DNA from: Candidatus Methanoperedenaceae archaeon | Lineage (GTDB): Archaea > Halobacteriota > Methanosarcinia > Methanosarcinales > Methanoperedenaceae | Reading direction: 5' to 3' | DNA length: 64,000 nucleotides | NCBI GenBank assembly: GCA_963753595.1 | Contig: CAVWCX010000037.1 | Location: 1 to 64,000 of the forward strand | Notes under the pieces: generated by a model | What the model was told of the DNA's origin: nothing | Seen by the model: only the letters and a program-made list of their open reading frames with translations | Database searches by the model: none | Program-made: the position numbers and the translations under genes | In this document: positions 1 through 10,333 of the stretch, piece after piece | Layout: each line of letters begins with the position of its first letter | Position numbering within the stretch: the stretch's first letter is position 1

Positions 1-1066
1 AACAACGGTATCCTCTACTCGCACTCCGAACTTTCCAGTATATAATCCGCAATTCCCAACCGCCAGAACAACATTGGCCTGAAGAGGCAAAGCTTCTTTT
101 TCACCATGGAAGAAAGCATGGCCTGGCGGAAGAGGCGCTTCTTCGAATTCAATCCCTACACCATGTATCGGAGGACCGAAAATATGTTCACCATGCCCGG
201 CATCCCGAATAACAGCATGCAATGTTTCCTCAAGATCACCTATATCGGCGCCTGATCTTACTTTCTTGATAGTTTCCTGCTGCGCCTCTAAGATATATAT
301 CATAGGCCTTCTGCTGTTCTTCATCAGGTTTTCCAGCACAAACCGTCCTGCATATATCAGCGCTATATCCATTAACGATCGGATGAATATCGATCATCAC
401 AAGGTCACCAGTCCGGATTTTCCGGTTTGTTGGAAGACCGTGGGCAATATTGGTTCTGGGACCTGAGCAAACATAAGTCCGCCAGAACTCTTCGGCGCCA
501 GCTTCACGCATCGCATATTCGGCCCTGGCAGCTACACTTGATTCTGTCATGCCGGATTTAATAGACTCCACGGCTGCCTTCATCCCGGAGTCCGCAGCCG
601 CAGCAGCGCCTTTTATTAATTTTATTTCTTCTTTGTCCTTGACTAACCGTAGTTCTGACATGATATGAGTGCAATCCCTGACAGAGATATCTTTGGGTTT
701 GGCATGCGGATGGGTCAGCATTCCCATCATGGATTGTGTCAGGAAAGTATACTCAAGACCCACTGCTCCTTTATTTATACCGAAGTCCTTGAAATAGTGA
801 GCTATCGAATGGATCATTCCCACTTCATCATCAAATCCCACTATATGGTCAAACTCTGCAAGTTCCCTTACATCTTCAATATCTGTCTTTGGCACACCAA
901 GTGCGACTTTTCCATCCTGTGTTATCATGGCAAAAGAACACAGGCGTCCATCTCCGGTAAGATAGAACATGTTCGCGGGTTTTGCAAGAAGTAATGCGTC
1001 CAGACCCTCTTTTTCCAAAAGGCTGCTGCATTTTTTCAAACGTTCCTTATATGTCCTGGAATTCAT
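1..1066 (-). CDS. M24-family (Xaa-Pro peptidase/creatinase-like) hydrolase, +1 frameshift near 290, runs off the window
   Basis: ORF 236..1066 has a creatinase N-domain and DIHP/ADICRT motifs. After removing one base at CTT-A-GAG the frame continues EAQQETIKK..HGVGIEFEE..GVRVEDTVV to position 1. Confidence 0.85.
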
Positions 1067-1067
1067 T

Positions 1068-2459
1068 TTAAATCTCCTTATTTATATTATTACGTTCACC
1101 TTTTACTTTTATTTTGTTTGTGCTTATTAAAATAAGATCATACGCGATCAGCAATCCTCCAGCAAAGGCGATCAATCCGCCAATTAATCGCCATTCAAAA
1201 TACGGTAATAGAGTATTCTGGACGCTCATGAAACTCAAACCCTCCACCCTTTGCTGGTATACCTGGATGACCCCTGCGATCATCAATGCGATTATCATAT
1301 TCAAAAAACCAATAACAAGAAGCCAGAATCCAATTTTACCCCTGTACTGTGAAAAGTTCAATCTTCCGGATATTTCCGGGATTGCAAGATACGCAATTCC
1401 AATAACGAGTAACAGATATGTGCCAGGAGTAGCAAAATGCGCGTGTGATGACGTTATCTGGGTTCCGTGCGTGAAGAAATTGATCTGCGGCAAAGTATGG
1501 ATGAAGCCCCACAGCCCTGCTCCAATAAAGTTCCCGATTGTAGCTCCAATGATCATGTAGAGCACAACTTTATTCGGGATAGGTTTTTTGTTCTCTTTCA
1601 GGTCTTTATATGCCGACCAGACCATAAGGAAAAGAGGAACAGGTTCAAGTGCGCTAAAAAGTCCGCCAAGGAAAATCCAGATGCCTGGTGTCCCGATCCA
1701 GTAATAATGATGGCCCTGCCCGATTATTCCTGTAAGAAGAATGAGTGCGACTTCAATTGCCAGGTATTTTTCAATTATTTCACGGCGCACCTGCGTCATT
1801 GCCAGGAGAATAAGCGCTATTACTCCTGCTGCTATTAATTCAAATGAAGCTTCGACCCAATAGTGAACTACCCACCACCTGAAATATTCAGCAGCTACAA
1901 TACTGTCAAACCATATTTCACCAGGAACATACATTAATATCGAGCCTATTGCGCCTGCAGCAAGTACAAGAATGGGTGAGCTTAATTTGTTCTTGCTGTC
2001 AAGGATCGTAGCGATCACATTATAAACAACGCTTAAAAGTCCCACTGTGAGAAGGATATCCCAGAATCTTCCCGCTTCCAGGTATTCTCTTCCTTCTACC
2101 AGCCACCAGTTCCTTCCTGTGAAGAAAATCTCAGAAATGATGATCCCGATGCCAATAAGAAGAAGGAACCAGAACTGGATATCGATCAAACGCGGATGCA
2201 ATATGTCCCGCCCGGCCTCAACCGGAAGCAGATAATACAGGCCGCCAATAAATCCAAGAAGCAGCCAGAGTACCATTAAATTGAGATGAAGCGCTTTTAG
2301 AATATCAAATGTCAAAGGCAGATTTGTTGAAGAGTCTCTTGCAAGAACATCAACGCTCATCACAAGACCAAGCAGCATCTGGACAATAAATAACAGGATA
2401 GCGGCAATGAAGTATTTTCTTGTTTTTATTTTAGATGGATATTCACTCATTTGTCTCAA
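1068..2459 (-). CDS. norB: Nitric oxide reductase large subunit (cNOR NorB)
   Basis: Multi-pass heme-copper-oxidase-family protein with ALHLNL, GREYLE, WWVVHYWVEASFE, GQGHHYYWIG, SALEP and HGTQITSSHAH motifs. Confidence 0.92.
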   Translation of the reverse strand: MRQMSEYPSKIKTRKYFIAAILLFIVQMLLGLVMSVDVLARDSSTNLPLTFDILKALHLNLMVLWLLLGFIGGLYYLLPVEAGRDILHPRLIDIQFWFLLLIGIGIIISEIFFTGRNWWLVEGREYLEAGRFWDILLTVGLLSVVYNVIATILDSKNKLSSPILVLAAGAIGSILMYVPGEIWFDSIVAAEYFRWWVVHYWVEASFELIAAGVIALILLAMTQVRREIIEKYLAIEVALILLTGIIGQGHHYYWIGTPGIWIFLGGLFSALEPVPLFLMVWSAYKDLKENKKPIPNKVVLYMIIGATIGNFIGAGLWGFIHTLPQINFFTHGTQITSSHAHFATPGTYLLLVIGIAYLAIPEISGRLNFSQYRGKIGFWLLVIGFLNMIIALMIAGVIQVYQQRVEGLSFMSVQNTLLPYFEWRLIGGLIAFAGGLLIAYDLILISTNKIKVKGERNNINKEI

Positions 2460-3038
2460 GCCTCCCTGTCATTTTTCTTATTCTCATAAGCAAGAATTAT
2501 CGCGAATATCAGCGCGTTTATAAATACAATCCCCAGCACTACCTGCCAGATACCGGAAAAATCCAGATTTTGTGCAGATGTACTGTCCGGATTACCATCC
2601 CTCTCCCATGAACCAGAGCCAGGCCAGCCGTTGGTATCAAGCATATTTGTATATTTCAAAAAAGCGGTTATCCTGTAAGCATCGTCTTCTTTCATGCCCC
2701 GATCCCGCATTGGCTGCATACCCTTTGCAGGATGCACCTGAAAGAATAAAATTGGAAAGTGCTGCGTCATTTTCTCCTATTCTTTTATAAACCGTGGTCA
2801 GGTCAGGTGCGAAATATGCCCCATTCCCTACAATGGTATGGCAGCCCATGCACTGGTACTGCTCGAAGGCTTTCTTTCCTTCAACTGCATTGTATGCGTT
2901 TTGATCAAAATCCACAGTTACAGATAAAGGATCAGGATTCCTGTTGGCAAAATCCGTGTAAAATGAGATTATGCTAAACGGGATCATAAGAATTGCAGGG
3001 ATAAGAAGCCCGACCAATATGAGCCGGTTATTGTTCAT
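2456..3038 (-). CDS. norC: NO reductase cytochrome c subunit (NorC-like), split by a +1 frameshift near 2735
   Basis: ORF 2637..3038 (N-terminal TM, CMGCH, GAYFAPDLT) joins ORF 2456..2770 (GMQPM axial Met region, AFLKY..DTNGWP, C-terminal TM). Confidence 0.85.
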
Positions 3039-3803
3039 CTTTCTTTAAGCCCCCTTATAAAAAGATATAATATAAAAATCGCCAATCCTGCTGAAATTAA
3101 AATTATTGCACCACCGCCTGTTGTATTATACCATTCCTTCCCGGAGTATTGAGGTTTTGTTGGCGCGGAGAGTAATTTGAGGTACGGGGAGCTGATAATC
3201 ACTGAACTGGAATGTGAATAGATATTTTACGGTATCCCAGCGTTCATTTTCAGTCAGGTCGCTCTTCCATGAGCGCATTGCTGTCCTGGGGATGCCCTGG
3301 GTTAAACGATCGAAAAAAACGGATGGTTGCTTTACTGCCGTCTGGCTCAAATTCGTAAAATCAAAAGCCCCGGGAAAACCATATCCATTTCCTATCATGC
3401 TGTGACATCCTGCACAGTTTTTTTCATAGATCATTTTCCCATTTTCTGCTGATTGCCTGTCGATCCAGAAAGTCCAGAAATATGCTATGACATCCCATCT
3501 GTCTTTTTTTGGAAGTTTGCCAAAAGATGGCATAGCAGTTCCTGGAATTCCATTTGTTATCGCATCAAAAAATATTGACGAATTGGAGTTGATCATCTTT
3601 TCGCTGTTTGTGAAATTGAAAGCGCCAGAAAAAGTTGATCCATCCCCTTTTTCACCATGGCATCCCGCACAGTTGGAGAGGTATATTTTTTTTCCGGATT
3701 CAATCGAAGGTCGCTCATCCGGATAGTCGATAGCACTTGCTGAAGATGTAATTATATATAAACTTATTAAAATAAAATATACTTTCCAATTGATTGAACC
3801 CAT
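3035..3803 (-). CDS. Secreted di-heme cytochrome c with C-terminal membrane anchor (frameshift near 3170)
   Basis: Signal peptide and two CAGCH domains each with a Met ligand. The +1 frame continues SAPTKPQYSGKEWY..AIILISAGLAIFILYLFIRGLKER and stops in an ATGA overlap with the norC start. Confidence 0.82.
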
Positions 3804-4008
3804 GACAACCCCTGCACAATTCTCTCATATATTAGATTATTATAAGAAGTATTAATTGTTTCTATTTTGTAAGAATAAGAATTATATGCATCTGCCACAT
3901 ACATTGTATCACATGATTTCTTTAATTTTGATTGCCCTCCAGCGGTCCTCATCGTGTCAAAAAAATAATTTTGTATATCTACGGTGCGTTTTTAAGTTGA
4001 GTTGACCC

Positions 4009-5526
4009 ATGACCACCGAAATCCTCTCTCTTGCAAAATACCTCGCTTCCTCGCGCCCTGAGTTCACACTCCTGGAGATGAACCAGTACCTTAGCAGGAA
4101 ATACGAAGAAAAAGAAATATACGCTATCTTAAAACCGCATTTTTATGACATTGACATCTTTTGCGGGGCCGACTACAAATGTACAAAACTGGTAAAGGGT
4201 CCGCTGCCTTCTGATGAGGAGATAGTCAGTGAACTTGAAGCGCATTTTAAGAATCCGGGATTGCCTCTTCGCATGGAAAAATTGATCGAAACATATATAG
4301 AAAAATCCTGTGGCAAGAACTGGCAAAAAGGTGAAACTGCGACGTATATCCGCGAGAATATCGTGAAGCAGAAAGAGGAATACTGGAAAGGGGAAGGGAA
4401 GGAAAAAGAAAAAGTGAAAAGGGAAGGAGAATCCCGGTACCCTAGAAGAAGGATCATATCCTATCTGCTTTATCATTTTCCTGTATATTTCTGCCAGTAC
4501 CAGTACCTCCTTCTTGAATTATTCAAGGGTGGAGTACTTAAGAACAAAATGAGCATTGTTGATGTTGGTTCAGGCCCCGGAACAATAACACTCTCCACAC
4601 TTGATTTTTTAAAGAAACTCCAGGATATTTATTCCAGGAACAAAATGGATGTTAAACTCAATGTCAGGATATGTTCGATCGAGCATGAGCGGGAAAATAT
4701 TGAGTGCTACAAGGAACTAACATCTGGCTACCTCGGTAATGCAAATATAATGAATTCAAATATAATAATAGATGAGCCTGTTCATTCACCTGTTGAAATC
4801 GCGCCTGTTCCTGAGGATTCCGACCTTATAATATTCTCAAATGTCCTGGCTGAATTGAAGTCTGCGCCTCATGAACGCGCCGATGTTGTGGATAGGATCG
4901 CTTCATCGAGTAAAAACCCTTCACTGATCATCATAGAGCCGGCTGACCTTGATAATTCAAAGGCTCTCCGCGTTAGCCAGCGTGCTTTGGTCAAAAAAGG
5001 ATATAATGTCTATAGTCCCTGCTCTTTTATATGGGGAAGATTATGCAGCGGCATTAATTGCTGGAGTTTCCAGGAGCCTGGGAACATTAAGGTGCCAGGT
5101 TTCATGAAAAAGATCGCAGATACTGTGGATTCTTACAGGTATTTGAACACAGATATGAAATTTTCATCCGTTATATTAAGGAGAGATGGACTTACAAAAC
5201 ATGTTTATCTGGCGAAGGGAAAATTCATGGCCCTGGCAAATCTCAAAAAACATATCAAGAAACACATAAATGTTGCAGCATCAGTCATGTCCGGAAATCT
5301 CGGTGATGAGAAGACTTTTGTGTTCAAGATATGCGACGGCACTGCTTCATTTCCTTGCTATGCTGTAATGCCGGTATACCATATGAGTGAAATCAACAGG
5401 GCACTCATTGATGCGGATTATGGGGATATAGTTGAGATATCAGGCACTCTCGTACGCGAGAATGTGGAACAATCATCTTTTAATCTCTTTGTCACCCGAA
5501 ATACGATTGTTAATATTGCGGGTTAG
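4009..5526 (+). CDS. Rsm22/METTL17-like SAM-dependent methyltransferase with C-terminal OB-like domain
   Basis: VDVGSGPGT motif I, FSNVLAEL, IIIEP, SPC..C..CW Cys cluster. Confidence 0.7.
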   Translation: MTTEILSLAKYLASSRPEFTLLEMNQYLSRKYEEKEIYAILKPHFYDIDIFCGADYKCTKLVKGPLPSDEEIVSELEAHFKNPGLPLRMEKLIETYIEKSCGKNWQKGETATYIRENIVKQKEEYWKGEGKEKEKVKREGESRYPRRRIISYLLYHFPVYFCQYQYLLLELFKGGVLKNKMSIVDVGSGPGTITLSTLDFLKKLQDIYSRNKMDVKLNVRICSIEHERENIECYKELTSGYLGNANIMNSNIIIDEPVHSPVEIAPVPEDSDLIIFSNVLAELKSAPHERADVVDRIASSSKNPSLIIIEPADLDNSKALRVSQRALVKKGYNVYSPCSFIWGRLCSGINCWSFQEPGNIKVPGFMKKIADTVDSYRYLNTDMKFSSVILRRDGLTKHVYLAKGKFMALANLKKHIKKHINVAASVMSGNLGDEKTFVFKICDGTASFPCYAVMPVYHMSEINRALIDADYGDIVEISGTLVRENVEQSSFNLFVTRNTIVNIAG

Positions 5527-5963
5527 TCCTTTTCCCGAAGCATTTTTGATATCTTTAATCCCTGCTCGATGCATTCCATTTTTTCTTTTATCCTTGCGAG
5601 TTCTGCCTCGTTTTCAAGACTTGTCGCAAGCTCACGTATTTTTTTTATGATTATATCGTTGATCTGCGACATATCGGTTGATTGCGGAGCTGTCTGGAGG
5701 GGGCTTGCCATCTTCTTTTGCTGGTTTTGCTCTATCTGCTGTTTTTCTATTTTTCCTGAATCCTGAGGCTCAATAACTTGTCTTTTTTCCTGGAAATCAC
5801 ATACAGGGCAGACAACTTTTCCCTGATACCGAAACATTGGAGCTCCACATTCATGGTGTGTTGCCAGCATTGTCCCTCCTTTTTCAAGAAGTTTTGTTAT
5901 TTTTTGGATCTTATCATCCGAATCTTTGCTAACCATTATATCACCGAAAGTCTTTTCAAGCAA
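5523..5963 (-). CDS. UPF0148 Zn-ribbon protein (autoantigen-p27-like)
   Basis: [24 protein letters not shown]; found next to UPF0147 as is usual. Confidence 0.8.
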   Translation of the reverse strand: MLEKTFGDIMVSKDSDDKIQKITKLLEKGGTMLATHHECGAPMFRYQGKVVCPVCDFQEKRQVIEPQDSGKIEKQQIEQNQQKKMASPLQTAPQSTDMSQINDIIIKKIRELATSLENEAELARIKEKMECIEQGLKISKMLREKD

Positions 5964-6001
5964 TAATTTTAATTACAGTTTTTGTTTCATATTTATACCA
6001 A

Positions 6002-6283
6002 GTGGTGATAACTGTGTCGGAAAATCTTAGCGAAATTATAAAACAATGTACTGAGGTTCTTGACAGGATAATCAGTGATGATTCTGTCCCAAGAAATATC
6101 AGGCGTTCTGCAGATAATATAAAAAGCGTACTCTCTAATGAAAAACAACCAATGTCAAAAAGAGCGGCAATTGTTATATCAAATCTTGATGATATTGGGA
6201 ATGATCCGAATATTCCAATACATACAAGAACGTTAATATGGGGATTATCGAGTAAGTTAGAGTCAATTCCAGTTGACCAATGA
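6002..6283 (+). CDS. UPF0147 family protein
   Basis: [23 protein letters not shown] signature. Confidence 0.85.
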   Translation: MVITVSENLSEIIKQCTEVLDRIISDDSVPRNIRRSADNIKSVLSNEKQPMSKRAAIVISNLDDIGNDPNIPIHTRTLIWGLSSKLESIPVDQ

Positions 6284-6320
6284 TACTGTTCGTTTGATTT
6301 TTGAAGTTTTTTTGGTTTCT

Positions 6321-6778
6321 ACCTACCCTGTTGTTTCTACTGGAGATTTGGAAAGTTAAAATTGTTTTGGGTTAAATTGTTAGCTTTTATACCCATTTTA
6401 GTCTCCTGTCATTTCCTCTTTCTTAATTTTTTTGGTTTTATTTTGTATTCAATGTTATCTTTATAATATTTTTTCAAAATAGTACAATTATATTTTGTAA
6501 AAACAGAAAACTTTATATACAGTTAAATCCTAACTGGGTCACATCAGTTTTTTAAAATTTTAAAAAAAAATTAACTCGAATCGTTTTTTTAAAATCTCCA
6601 CACGAAACAATGGGGTGGGTTTACATGCTCCAGTGGAAATAATGGGGTCATAGGAGTAAAATACTGTTATTCTCATTAACATTATGATATATATCATTAA
6701 CAAAACGATATACTACGGTCTCTTTTTTATGTGCAGATCTTCTCCAGAGGATACCAATTCCAATCGAAATACAGGGGT
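6321..6778. promoter_or_regulatory. Chromosomal replication origin (oriC) with ORB elements and an AT-rich unwinding region
   Basis: Inverted ORB at 6321-6346 (minus strand TCTCCAGTAGAAACAACAGGG); forward ORBs at 6595 (TCTCCACACGAAACAATGGGG), 6627 (GCTCCAGTGGAAATAATGGGG) and 6758 (TTCCAATCGAAATACAGGGG); AT-rich gap 6350-6590; directly upstream of cdc6. Confidence 0.88.
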
Positions 6779-6835
6779 TGTTACCATTAGTCTTAATACC
6801 TATCCTTCCATTGGAGTAATCCTGGAGGTCGAAGG

Positions 6836-8077
6836 ATGGAAACGAAATCGTCACCAATAAATGGTATTTTCGAAGATATGTTGATGCGTGCAACGATTTT
6901 CGAGAATAGAGAGGTACTGAGGTCTACATATACTCCGGATTATCTTCCGCACAGGAACGATCAGGTAAAAGGATTGGCTACAATATTAGTTTCAGCCTTG
7001 AGGGGCGAGACCCCCTCTAATATCCTGATATACGGAAAGACCGGAACAGGTAAAACCGCAGTAGCAAAACACGTAGGCAGGGAACTGGAGAAAACAAGTG
7101 AAACGCATGGCATTCCATGTGTTGTGGTCTATATTAACTGTGAAGTTGTGGATACGCAATACCGTTTGCTGGCATCCATTGCGCGGCATTTCGAGAAGGA
7201 CATTCCCATGACAGGGTGGCCGACTGACCAGGTATATTCTGAACTAAAGAGCGCTCTTGACATGGATAAACGCATTGCGATAATAATACTTGATGAGATT
7301 GATAAGCTCGTATGCAAAGGAGACGATGTGCTTTACAATCTTTCCAGGATAAATTCAGACTTGAAAAAATCAAAAGTCAGTCTAATCGGTGTCACAAATG
7401 ACCTGAAATTCACAGAATTCCTGGATCCAAGGGTTAAAAGTTCACTGGGCGAAGAAGAGATAATATTCCCCCCGTATGACGCAAACCAGATAAGGGATAT
7501 CCTTAACCAGAGAGCACAGATGGCATTTAAACCCCAGGTACTGGAAGAAACTGTCATCCCGCTTTGTGCTGCTTACGCAGCCCAGGAGCACGGAGATGCA
7601 AGGCGTGCACTGGACCTTTTGCGTGTATCAGGAGAGATCGCCGAACGAATAAAATCGAGCAAGGTCCTTGAAGCGCATGTCAAACAGGCCCAGGAGAAGA
7701 TCGAAATAGACAGGATAGTGGAGGTAGTAAGGACTTTGCCCAGCCAGTCTAAACTTGTTCTATTGAGTGTGGTCCTTCTCGGATACAATGGTGACAGCAA
7801 CCTTACAACAGGTGAAGCATACAATATTTACAAGCAGATGTGCAGAATGATAGGAATAGAGATATTGACCCAGCGAAGGGTTACGGATTTGATATCCGAA
7901 CTTGATATGATGGGTATCCTGAATGCAACGGTCGTAAGTAAAGGAAGATACGGAAGAACGAAAGAGATCTCTTTGAGCGTTCCTTCCGAAAGCACTAAAA
8001 GAGTTCTATTTGAGGATTACAGGTTAAAACCACTTGAAGATTTCAGGCCGCCTAACCAGACAAAGTTGTATGCCTGA
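6836..8077 (+). CDS. cdc6: Orc1/Cdc6 replication initiator
   Basis: LPHR, GKTGTGKT, LDEID, GDARRALDLL, C-terminal wHTH with GRYGRT. Confidence 0.96.
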   Translation: METKSSPINGIFEDMLMRATIFENREVLRSTYTPDYLPHRNDQVKGLATILVSALRGETPSNILIYGKTGTGKTAVAKHVGRELEKTSETHGIPCVVVYINCEVVDTQYRLLASIARHFEKDIPMTGWPTDQVYSELKSALDMDKRIAIIILDEIDKLVCKGDDVLYNLSRINSDLKKSKVSLIGVTNDLKFTEFLDPRVKSSLGEEEIIFPPYDANQIRDILNQRAQMAFKPQVLEETVIPLCAAYAAQEHGDARRALDLLRVSGEIAERIKSSKVLEAHVKQAQEKIEIDRIVEVVRTLPSQSKLVLLSVVLLGYNGDSNLTTGEAYNIYKQMCRMIGIEILTQRRVTDLISELDMMGILNATVVSKGRYGRTKEISLSVPSESTKRVLFEDYRLKPLEDFRPPNQTKLYA

Positions 8078-8105
8078 AATTTTCTCTTTTTTTTTATCTT
8101 TTTTA

Positions 8106-8687
8106 TTATTTAAAACAAGCAAAATTCCCTCTGGGAATAAGCGAAATACATCCGAGTAATGGTAATCGGCTAAATCTTGCTTTCCCGATCACCCATTCTT
8201 TTTTGATGGGAAGACCCGGACTTATGCTGCCCTGCTGGTCAAATGCAGCATTGGTTATTTTATTATCGCCTTTTGTAATGTAACCTCCATATGGAGCAGC
8301 AGGTCCTCCTGCCCACATAGGTTCGCTTTTGTTGACATAATACATGGCACGATGGATAATTGGTGTAGCTCCATCTATCCCATGTGGTTTATATAAGATG
8401 ACATCCCCATATTCATCAAAAGACATATAATTCATTTTTTTTCCTGCTTCATTTGTGATTATTTCCGTTCTGTCGATACTTTGAACAAAGATGATATCAC
8501 CTATCTGGATATGGGGGATCATGCTCCCGCTTTCTACTGCTACCATGGGTGTATATAATCCAAAAGCGATCTTTGAAACCGAGGCAAAAATAACAACAAC
8601 TGTAAGTACAAAAAGAAAATCCTTCAAAAGTCCTGCCCAGAAACTATCACTTTCTTTAAAATTTTTTAATCTATTTTTTAAGTCCAT
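8106..8687 (-). CDS. Signal peptidase I (S26, archaeal Sec11 type)
   Basis: AVESGSMIP, GDVI, PIIHR, ITKGDN. Confidence 0.88.
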   Translation of the reverse strand: MDLKNRLKNFKESDSFWAGLLKDFLFVLTVVVIFASVSKIAFGLYTPMVAVESGSMIPHIQIGDIIFVQSIDRTEIITNEAGKKMNYMSFDEYGDVILYKPHGIDGATPIIHRAMYYVNKSEPMWAGGPAAPYGGYITKGDNKITNAAFDQQGSISPGLPIKKEWVIGKARFSRLPLLGCISLIPRGNFACFK

Positions 8688-8785
8688 AAACAGCTTGAGA
8701 TAATATCAGCTATAATATTAAGACTTGTTATACATACAGGTTTATTAATATCTAAGCTGTATTCGAGACAAAAGGAAGAATATTA

Positions 8786-10018
8786 ATGGAGCTCCAGAAA
8801 CCCAGAGGCACGCGTGATTTTCTGCCAGAAGAAATGATTAAGCGAAGATATATTGAGAATAAGCTGCGCGAAGTCGCTATCCATTGGGGATATGGGGAGA
8901 TAAAAACCCCGACATTTGAGCATATAGAGCTATTTACACTGAAATCCGGTGAAGGGATACTTGGTGAAATTTATAATTTCAAGGACAAGGGCGACCGCGA
9001 GATAGCGCTTCGTCCTGAACTGACCGCTCCTGTTGTCAGGATGTATGTGGAAGAGCTCCAGAGGTCGCCAAAGCCCCTGAAATTCTTTTATTTTGATAAC
9101 TGCTTCAGGTATGAGCGCCCCCAGAAAGGACGTTTCCGTGAGTTTTTCCAGTTCGGGGTTGAAATAATAGGAAGCGCACGTCCGGAGTCTGATGCAGAAG
9201 TAATAGCGCTTGCAGTTGAAATGCTAAAAAGCGCTGGTGTCAAGGGAGATCTCCACGTAGGAAATCTCGGGATAGTACGCGCTCTTTTAAAAGATCTTGG
9301 GCCTGAACACCAGGGCAAGATCATGCGGCTTGTGGATAAGAAAGATGATAAGGGGCTTGAGGAATTTCTCGATGTGATCAATGCACCAGATGATATTAGA
9401 GGTAAATTGTTCCGCTTGATAGGATTACATGGTGAAAATGCGGTGCATGAGGCGCGCGAGCTTGTAGGGGACATCGAAGCGATATCGCAATTCAAATCGC
9501 TTCTTGATCTCCTGGATGTGTATGGCCTGGAATACCAGGTTGACCTTGGGATCGCAAGAGGCCTGGATTATTATACCGGCATGGTGTTTGAGATATACTG
9601 TGAAGGACTCGGCGCCCAGAACCAGGTGTGCGGCGGGGGCTCATACAGGCTTGCAGCTTTATTCGGTGGTGAGGACACGTCATCAACCGGATATGCTATC
9701 GGGTTTGACAGGATAATGGAAATATGTGAGGTAAATCCGAAACCACCAGGGCGCATTGTAGTAGTCTCGTTTGAGGATACGCGAAAAGAAGCGATAGTTA
9801 TTGCAAATAAGCTGAGAGAGCACGTTTCAACGTACATCGACATCATGGGGCGCAAGTTCAAAGACCAGATCTCCTATGCCAATACGATTGGCGCAAGTCA
9901 TGTGGTTATCGTGGGGAGAAACGAGCTTGATGCAGGAAAAGTGGCGCTTAAGGATATGAAGACCGGGGAGCAGGAGCTGGTGACGGTGGAGGAAGCGGTT
10001 GAGAGAGTGAAGAGTTAA
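8786..10018 (+). CDS. hisS: Histidine--tRNA ligase
   Basis: [40 protein letters not shown]. Confidence 0.97.
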   Translation: MELQKPRGTRDFLPEEMIKRRYIENKLREVAIHWGYGEIKTPTFEHIELFTLKSGEGILGEIYNFKDKGDREIALRPELTAPVVRMYVEELQRSPKPLKFFYFDNCFRYERPQKGRFREFFQFGVEIIGSARPESDAEVIALAVEMLKSAGVKGDLHVGNLGIVRALLKDLGPEHQGKIMRLVDKKDDKGLEEFLDVINAPDDIRGKLFRLIGLHGENAVHEARELVGDIEAISQFKSLLDLLDVYGLEYQVDLGIARGLDYYTGMVFEIYCEGLGAQNQVCGGGSYRLAALFGGEDTSSTGYAIGFDRIMEICEVNPKPPGRIVVVSFEDTRKEAIVIANKLREHVSTYIDIMGRKFKDQISYANTIGASHVVIVGRNELDAGKVALKDMKTGEQELVTVEEAVERVKS

Positions 10019-10041
10019 TTTTTCAGATTTTTTCTCAAAGG

Positions 10042-10164
10042 ATAGAAAAACCTCCACAGGACGCAGTTGCCATCTTCAGGGAAAGCGCAAAAGGCATGGG
10101 TAAACTCAAGTTCCATCCTCATGAAGCGTATGAAGAGGAACTGGCGGGGAGAATGAATAAATGA
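10042..10164 (+). pseudogene. 5'-truncated remnant resembling the C-terminus of an AbrB/MazE-type antitoxin
   Basis: Reads IEKPPQDAVAIFRESAKGMGKLKFHPHEAYEEELAGRMNK* with no start codon. Confidence 0.4.
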
Positions 10165-10314
10165 ATCCAGGCTCACATCGTTTTCACACCTTCTTCACAC
10201 CAAGCTTAATTAAAATGTGAAAAGATTACCCGGTGTCGGGATCGATAATGGTACTACCGCGAAAATTTAAAAGAAGAGCAATAACCACAAGGATATTGCT
10301 GGAGCGAAAAAATA

Positions 10315-10333
10315 GGAGCCTGAGGGAGGATTT
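10315..10333 (-). repeat. att core: 3' end of a tRNA (probably tRNA-Thr)
   Basis: Minus strand AAAT-CCTCC-CTCAGGC-T-CC matches T-loop end, T-stem, acceptor strand and U discriminator; followed by a T-run; 310 bp from the integrase. Confidence 0.65.

Noticed and set aside
1068-2459. NO dismutase (Nod) or qNOR
   Set aside because: All His and Glu active-site residues are canonical, the protein is short (463 aa), and it has a separate NorC
6648-6893. Minus-strand 81-aa ORF
   Set aside because: Overlaps ORB boxes and the cdc6 start; not protein-like
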